From Clostridia bacterium (GTDB taxonomy: Bacteria; Bacillota; Clostridia; JAAYHZ01): a stretch of DNA of 64,000 nucleotides. A program made the translations under genes and the position numbers. Below, piece after piece: positions 58,425-64,000 of this stretch. Position 1 is the stretch's first letter; every line of letters starts with the position of its first letter. The stretch lies in contig JBMNIH010000006.1 of assembly GCA_050950825.1 (NCBI GenBank), positions 96,001 to 160,000 on the forward strand. The letters are read 5' to 3'. Under the pieces are notes generated by a model that had not been told where the DNA came from, did no database searches, and saw only the letters and a program-made list of their open reading frames with translations.

Positions 58425-60599
58425 TTAACAAAATATACCGATACCGTCCTCGATCTCGACTTTAAGACCGGTTCTTTCGTTGTATAAGCTTGTGTCCATG
58501 AGCACAAACAGCTCGGTATCAATCATCTCAATTGCTCCGACACCTAACAATTTTTCCGCTTCTTTTTTGTATACATTGACAATATAGGGTTGTATATTGC
58601 GTACTGAGCTTATGGTTCTTTCATTGTTTTTTAATCTTTCTATAAACAATTTCGCTTTTTCATCGTAAGGTATGATGATACCGTAAGTTATATCCTCGAT
58701 GAGTTTATATTCCGATGCAATTTGATGAAACGGAAAGCTCCCACCGTTTACGGCTCCTTCTTCTAATCTGGATATGATATCTTTGTAATCCAAGCTTTTT
58801 CCGGCGGTGTGGAATAGCTGTGTAAAATAGGCTTCTATGGCTTCAGGCGAAGATACATCCGTATATCTTTCGGCAATTCCTTTCGCTATTTCGGTAGGTC
58901 TTCGAAGAGCGCTCGGCAGCTTTTGATTATAATCGTCATCCATATCATAAATGTAAACATTACTATCTTCTATTGATCTTCTTCCTTCTCTATTGCATCT
59001 TCCTGCCGCTTGGATTTGAGACTCGAGTCCTGCCATCTGTCTGTAAACCGCAGGGAAATCTACGTCAACACCGGCTTCGATAAGGCTTGTTGAAATCACT
59101 CTGCAAGGCATTTCTTTCTTTAGTCTGTCCTTTATTTCGGCAATTTTTTGTGATCTGTGTACGGGACACATTAATGTCGACAGGTGGAAATTACCGGGTT
59201 CACTAAGACCGTCACTTATATTTCTTGCCGTTTTTCGAGTATTGACAATGCACAAAACTTGATTTCGCTTTTCAAGATGATCGATTAACAATTCATAACT
59301 TAACTTACCGATGTATTTGATATTCGTACGCTTAAATGCTTTATACAAGGCAGGCGCATTTTCAATGATTTCCGTAATTTTTGTTCCTTTCGGAAACAAA
59401 TCCTTTATAGCAGGTTGGGTGGCACTGCATAGAACACATGTACTTCCATAATTCGTTACCAATTCACTGATGGTACGAATACAGGGCAATAAATAATAAA
59501 TCGGAAGCATTTGCGCTTCGTCAAACAAAATTACGCTGTTTGCGGTATTGTGCAGTTTTCTACATTTTGATGCTCTATTTGAAAAAAAGGATTCAAAAAA
59601 CTGAACATTCGTCGTTACGACAATCGGAATATCCCAATTCTCCGTTGCCAAACGCAGCTTTGACATTTCTTCACTTTCATCGTCGTAAGCGATATTGGAA
59701 TGGTGTTCTAAAACGTACTCGGATCCTAAAATACTCTTTATGACGGCGGCATTTTGCTCAATAATCGAAGTATACGGTATTACGTATATGATCCGTTTCA
59801 TTCCATGTTTCTTTGCGTGCTTTAAAGCAAAGCTCAACGAAGATATTGTTTTTCCTCCTCCGGTAGGTACGGTTAAGGTATATATCCCTTTAGGATTTTC
59901 TGCGGCATGCAAACACCTGTTCAGTATCTCACACCTTTTCTCATTAACGAGTCCTACGGGAGAATCAAACCTTTTTATATATTCAAGCAATTTATCGAGT
60001 AAGGTGTCTATCGAACAGTCGATGCTTCTATCGATTGTATTTCCCGACATAAAACGCTCGGTATCCAAATAATCGGCATCGACAAGACAGGAATATAACA
60101 TTCGGATTAGAAAGGATATCGATAATCCCCCGCCGGCCACAGGTTGAATGGGAATTTTCGACGGAAGCTTTTCTTTTGGGATATCAAGAAATTTCCTGTA
60201 TGTACCATAGTTCGGTAAATTACGACGCTTCAGTTTACCGTACAATGTAGGCTCGTCGCCTGTATCCGCTGCGCTGCCTCCATCCGGAAGACCTGCATGA
60301 TGGCCCGCTATGCAATAAGCCAATATGATACCGAATGCTTTAACGTATTTATATATTTCAATGGCGCCGGCAGTCGAATGATCTACATATATGGAATGTC
60401 CGCGAATTCTTTTTTGAAATTCTTGTGAATATTTTCCTATATCATGAACCAGTCCGCATAAGTAACCCAAATCCTTACACCCGAATACCGATGCGAAATC
60501 ACTTGCAAGTTTTGCGGTACCCATTAAATGACTTTGAATTGTTTGAACTACCCCGTCTTCCCTTATATGTGCAGCAAATGTATTTTCCACTATAAACAC
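58425..60599 (-). CDS. cas3: Cas3 HD nuclease/helicase
   Basis: HDIGK, HHAGL, LVDAD, PTGGGKT, DEAQ, QAAGRCNR. Confidence 0.97.
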   Translation of the reverse strand: MFIVENTFAAHIREDGVVQTIQSHLMGTAKLASDFASVFGCKDLGYLCGLVHDIGKYSQEFQKRIRGHSIYVDHSTAGAIEIYKYVKAFGIILAYCIAGHHAGLPDGGSAADTGDEPTLYGKLKRRNLPNYGTYRKFLDIPKEKLPSKIPIQPVAGGGLSISFLIRMLYSCLVDADYLDTERFMSGNTIDRSIDCSIDTLLDKLLEYIKRFDSPVGLVNEKRCEILNRCLHAAENPKGIYTLTVPTGGGKTISSLSFALKHAKKHGMKRIIYVIPYTSIIEQNAAVIKSILGSEYVLEHHSNIAYDDESEEMSKLRLATENWDIPIVVTTNVQFFESFFSNRASKCRKLHNTANSVILFDEAQMLPIYYLLPCIRTISELVTNYGSTCVLCSATQPAIKDLFPKGTKITEIIENAPALYKAFKRTNIKYIGKLSYELLIDHLEKRNQVLCIVNTRKTARNISDGLSEPGNFHLSTLMCPVHRSQKIAEIKDRLKKEMPCRVISTSLIEAGVDVDFPAVYRQMAGLESQIQAAGRCNREGRRSIEDSNVYIYDMDDDYNQKLPSALRRPTEIAKGIAERYTDVSSPEAIEAYFTQLFHTAGKSLDYKDIISRLEEGAVNGGSFPFHQIASEYKLIEDITYGIIIPYDEKAKLFIERLKNNERTISSVRNIQPYIVNVYKKEAEKLLGVGAIEMIDTELFVLMDTSLYNERTGLKVEIEDGIGIFC

Positions 60600-60813
60600 C
60601 TGCTTTATCTTTTTTCTATATTTTTAGATTAGCATTTATTATTATTAAAAGCAATTATGTTAACCTTTTTTGTCGAATTTTTGAATATCGCTTCATTCAT
60701 TTTTGTATTTTTTATAATACGCAAAAATCGATAAATGTTATTCTTTAGCAAAACACGACACGGCTACCGTATACTATGCCGTGTCGTGAAGAATAAGTGT
60801 TATATTTAACCGC

Positions 60814-62064
60814 TTATGAAAGCATAATTTGAATGGCTTTGGCCAAGATACGGCTTGAGCGTATGCATTCTTCCAGAAGATTTCCTTCCGCCCCTATTTC
60901 CACCAATAAGGCACCGGTGCTGACGTGTTGGTTGTATCTGTACTTGCTTATGTAAACAGGGTCCGTAATACCGGGATACATGCTTTCCAATATGGTCGTA
61001 AGTCTAAGTGCCATTTGCAGATTCTGCTTCCAGTTTTCATGAGGCAGGCCGATTTCTCCCGTAGCCACAACAAAGGATATTTTCGCTACGGTTCCTTCCT
61101 TCGTTTCGTAGGGTAGCCTCATCTTAACATCGCTATCCAACGCATTTCTATGTACATCGATCACGATATCGGTGTTCGGGTTGCTTTCGATCAATCCGCT
61201 TATGGTTTTCAACGAGTTGGAATAGGCGTTGTTGAATACCGGGTAATCGTGAACCGTCGTATCGTGCAAAACGTTATAGCCGTATTTTTCTAAAGATAGG
61301 TAAAGCTCTCTTCCTACTCTGCAGATATTTTCCGAAGGATCGTCGCTTCTGGTATAAATCTCGCTGTTATAAATATCCGATACCCGGCTGACAAAGCTTT
61401 CGGTGGTATGGGTATGGTAAATTATTATCTTCGATTTGTTTTTATCAAAATAAAAGGGAAAGGGGTTTTCATACAGCTCCTGCACGATTTGATGAATGTT
61501 GTACCCGGTTTCGTTGATGAATTTGATGTTGTTGTAATCATAGGAAGGATCGACGGGCATCTCCACGGAAATACCTTCCGTATTCAGGTCCTTGTCCAAG
61601 GTTGTCTTGGTTCCGGAGGAGATTACTTCGTCCGACGGTATGACGATCTCGCCCGGTTCCCCGGTTTTCAGCTCCGTTTGCAAGTCCAATTCAATTTCTT
61701 CATCCAAAGCAGGATGATAGAGCATCATATCGCTATAGGGTATAAACAGCGGGTGTTCCGCAGCAAGAATGGAAATCGGCTTGTCGTCTTTACATCCGAA
61801 TAAGCTTAAAACATACCGGATAGCGTCGTTTATAACCGAATCGCTTTGGTGTCCCGGTTTTGTGTAAGAGATCATGATAGGCAGTTCGTGAGAAACAATA
61901 TCGTAGTGGACTTCGGTGTCGTTTTGAAAAAGCATACGGTTCAGCTCGGAGACCTTGTCCGTTACCAAATCGTTTGTTGTCAGCATTAGGATCAGTATTA
62001 CGATTAAACCGGCTATACATATATTGTATCCTCGATCAAGCAGCGCTTCTTCCCTTATCTTCAT
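60814..62064 (-). CDS. spoIIP: stage II sporulation protein P
   Basis: IYHTHTTES, DVHR, YNQHV, LVEIGAEGN motifs; N-terminal TM segment. Confidence 0.9.
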   Translation of the reverse strand: MKIREEALLDRGYNICIAGLIVILILMLTTNDLVTDKVSELNRMLFQNDTEVHYDIVSHELPIMISYTKPGHQSDSVINDAIRYVLSLFGCKDDKPISILAAEHPLFIPYSDMMLYHPALDEEIELDLQTELKTGEPGEIVIPSDEVISSGTKTTLDKDLNTEGISVEMPVDPSYDYNNIKFINETGYNIHQIVQELYENPFPFYFDKNKSKIIIYHTHTTESFVSRVSDIYNSEIYTRSDDPSENICRVGRELYLSLEKYGYNVLHDTTVHDYPVFNNAYSNSLKTISGLIESNPNTDIVIDVHRNALDSDVKMRLPYETKEGTVAKISFVVATGEIGLPHENWKQNLQMALRLTTILESMYPGITDPVYISKYRYNQHVSTGALLVEIGAEGNLLEECIRSSRILAKAIQIMLS

Positions 62065-62175
62065 ATGACCTCCCTAAATCCGTAACCGTTTTTTAGCAAA
62101 ATAAAAATGCATCCGTTATGTTAATGTATATGCATATAACGGATGCATTATCTATTTTCTTTATCATTTTTACGG

Positions 62176-63246
62176 TCAATTTAGCAGCTTAAAGGTATAT
62201 CCTTTTTCCTTACATGCGGTAATAATGGAATCCAAAGCCTCCGCGTTGTCCTTCGACACGGCGTGGAGCAATAATACGGCACCGTTGTGGATATTGCTCA
62301 TAACTTTTTCGTAAGCGTAGTTTGCGCCTCGGATTTTATCCGTGTACCAGTCATCGTAAGCAAAGCTCCAGAACACCGTCTTGTATCCCAACATATCCGT
62401 AATCATTAACGTTCTTTCGCTGTATTCTCCTGAGGGCGGTCGGAATAACCGGGTACGGAATCCGTATCTTTCTACCATCTTTTTATCAAGATTATACAAT
62501 TCATCGTAGATCTTATCGTTATCGATATCGGGAAAACTCGGATGGGATACCGAATGATTTCCCACGATGTGTCCTTCGTTGACCATACGATCTACAAGGT
62601 CTTGATTCTTATCGAGGTAATATCCCGTAATGAAGAATACCGCTTTAACGTCATGCTTTTTTAAGGTATCCAAGATGGATGCCGTATACCCCATTTCGTA
62701 TCCCTCATCGAATGTAAGGTACAGAACCTTTTCATCGGTCTCGCCGATGTAGATACCGTTGTAAGGGGCGATAATCCTCGCGATACCGGGATCGATTTGC
62801 GTCGGTTTGTTCTCGTTGTTCGGATAGTACCACCAAGAATACTTCTTATTCGATACGTCTCCTACCTTTTCCAAGATCGATCGATCCGCAAAATTCGGGT
62901 CTTCCGCTTGCTTCGATGTTTCCTTCGGTGTTTCGCTTGTCGTTACGGAAACAGTTGTTTCCTTTGTCGTAATTTCACTTGTTGTAACTTTGCTTGTTTC
63001 GGTTGTCACCGGTTTTTGCGTTGTCGTTTCCGTCGTTACAACTGTTGTAGTTACCGTTGTAACGGAAGTCGTAGTCGTATCTTCCGTTTCTTTTGTTGTG
63101 CTTCCGATGATGGGGTCATCGGAGATTTCAGGAAAATCCAAATTAAAAAGATACGTAACCAACCCGGCGACTAAAACCAATAAAACAACGGCTATCAGTA
63201 CATTTCTTTCGAATTGATTCTTTTTCCTTTTTTTCTTTCCGGCCAT
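62176..63246 (-). CDS. pdaA: polysaccharide deacetylase (PdaA-like) with TM anchor and Thr-rich linker
   Basis: YLTFDEGYE, GNHSVSHP, FRPPSGEYS, FWSFAYDDW, LLHAVS. Confidence 0.85.
   Translation of the reverse strand: MAGKKKRKKNQFERNVLIAVVLLVLVAGLVTYLFNLDFPEISDDPIIGSTTKETEDTTTTSVTTVTTTVVTTETTTQKPVTTETSKVTTSEITTKETTVSVTTSETPKETSKQAEDPNFADRSILEKVGDVSNKKYSWWYYPNNENKPTQIDPGIARIIAPYNGIYIGETDEKVLYLTFDEGYEMGYTASILDTLKKHDVKAVFFITGYYLDKNQDLVDRMVNEGHIVGNHSVSHPSFPDIDNDKIYDELYNLDKKMVERYGFRTRLFRPPSGEYSERTLMITDMLGYKTVFWSFAYDDWYTDKIRGANYAYEKVMSNIHNGAVLLLHAVSKDNAEALDSIITACKEKGYTFKLLN
62925..63100 (-). repeat. Thr/Val/Glu low-complexity coding linker
   Basis: TTKETEDTTTTSVTTVTTTVVTTETTT... Confidence 0.7.
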
Positions 63247-63391
63247 TTCGTCTCCGCATACTTTATTCTTTTTTAGATTTGATCCCGTTCTTATCATTTT
63301 CTTCATGTACGAAAATATACATGTCCGTTCGCATGGCATACGGATCCGAAGCTTTCAAATAGGGATACCAAATCTTAAGTAAAAGTTTTCG

Positions 63392-63655
63392 CTATTTGTT
63401 CTTCACACGTTTAATGGGGATATCCGCTACCAAAGCGGCGGATCTTTTCCCTCGGTCCTCTTTGCGTGTAATCACTTCCACAGCCATATCGTCGGGATCA
63501 CAATCCATATACTTTTTCAACACTTCCGATATCTCTTTTTTAATCATTAACAACGTATTCGGGGATACGCCGGTTCTGTCTTCCACCAATACGGAAACCA
63601 ATCTTTCGGTAACAATATCCTTTGACTTTGTTTTTTTTCTATTAAATAATCCCAT
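63392..63655 (-). CDS. minE: cell division topological specificity factor
   Basis: SKDIVTERLxxVLVEDR, KKEIxEVLKKY, LVADIPI; follows minD. Confidence 0.88.
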   Translation of the reverse strand: MGLFNRKKTKSKDIVTERLVSVLVEDRTGVSPNTLLMIKKEISEVLKKYMDCDPDDMAVEVITRKEDRGKRSAALVADIPIKRVKNK

Positions 63656-63672
63656 ATCGATTTATTCCCCCA

Positions 63673-64000
63673 CTAGTCATTATTTCTATTAATCAATTTT
63701 TTCAATCTGCCAAAGAACGAAGTTTCGGCCATAATGTCTATAAACGGAACATTTTCCCCGATGATTCTTCTCGCTATGTTGTTGTAGGCTTTTCCCGCCA
63801 TGGAGCGCTTATCGGTAACGGCAGGTTCACCTTTGTTAGTGGATACCACAATGGATTGGTCGTCCGGAACCACGCCGATTAAATCGATAGCCAAAATGCC
63901 GACAATGTCATCAATCGTCATCATGTCGCCTTTTCTTACCATATCCGGTTCAATGCGGTTGACAATCAGTTTCGGACTATTCAGATCGTTTGCCTCCAGC
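63673..64000 (-). CDS. minD: septum site-determining protein MinD (C-terminal part; 5' end outside window)
   Basis: MVRKGDMM..ILAIDLIGVVPDD..STNKGEP..AYNNIARRI. Confidence 0.92.
   Translation of the reverse strand, partial: LEANDLNSPKLIVNRIEPDMVRKGDMMTIDDIVGILAIDLIGVVPDDQSIVVSTNKGEPAVTDKRSMAGKAYNNIARRIIGENVPFIDIMAETSFFGRLKKLINRNND

Overview
Chromosomal window from a spore-forming Clostridia-like Firmicute (inferred from spoIIP, pdaA, minDE, nifJ, a T-box and Pho-box-like repeats). Left to right: glycogen/maltodextrin genes (glgP, atypical glgA, GH13); two tandem 73-aa paralogues, each with its own four-repeat Pho-box-like promoter; a permease; a PaaI thioesterase; a Trp T-box-controlled trpB2; a beta-propeller protein; a nested stack of four insertion sequences (ISLre2-like containing IS3, which contains an IS4/IS701-like element, plus IS256); CDF, putP, URO-D-like, DUF4440 and FrdX-like genes; an IS1182-like element missing its left end; a five-box DnaA-box cluster; phoP-phoR followed by a heparinase II/III-like gene; AAC(3)-like and amidohydrolase genes; an M42 peptidase; PFOR; two lipoproteins; an SNF transporter; an AT-rich relic island hit by IS256, IS1182-like and IS21 elements; a type I-C CRISPR-Cas locus (37 repeats, trailer end cut at IS21); and spoIIP, pdaA, minE, minD. 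The most striking unexplained signal is a ~165-nt non-coding element with conserved loops and compensatory stem changes. It sits downstream of the transposases of two different IS families (ISLre2 and IS256) in opposite orientations and is a candidate IS-borne structured RNA. All product calls come from motif recognition by eye; no database searches were run.
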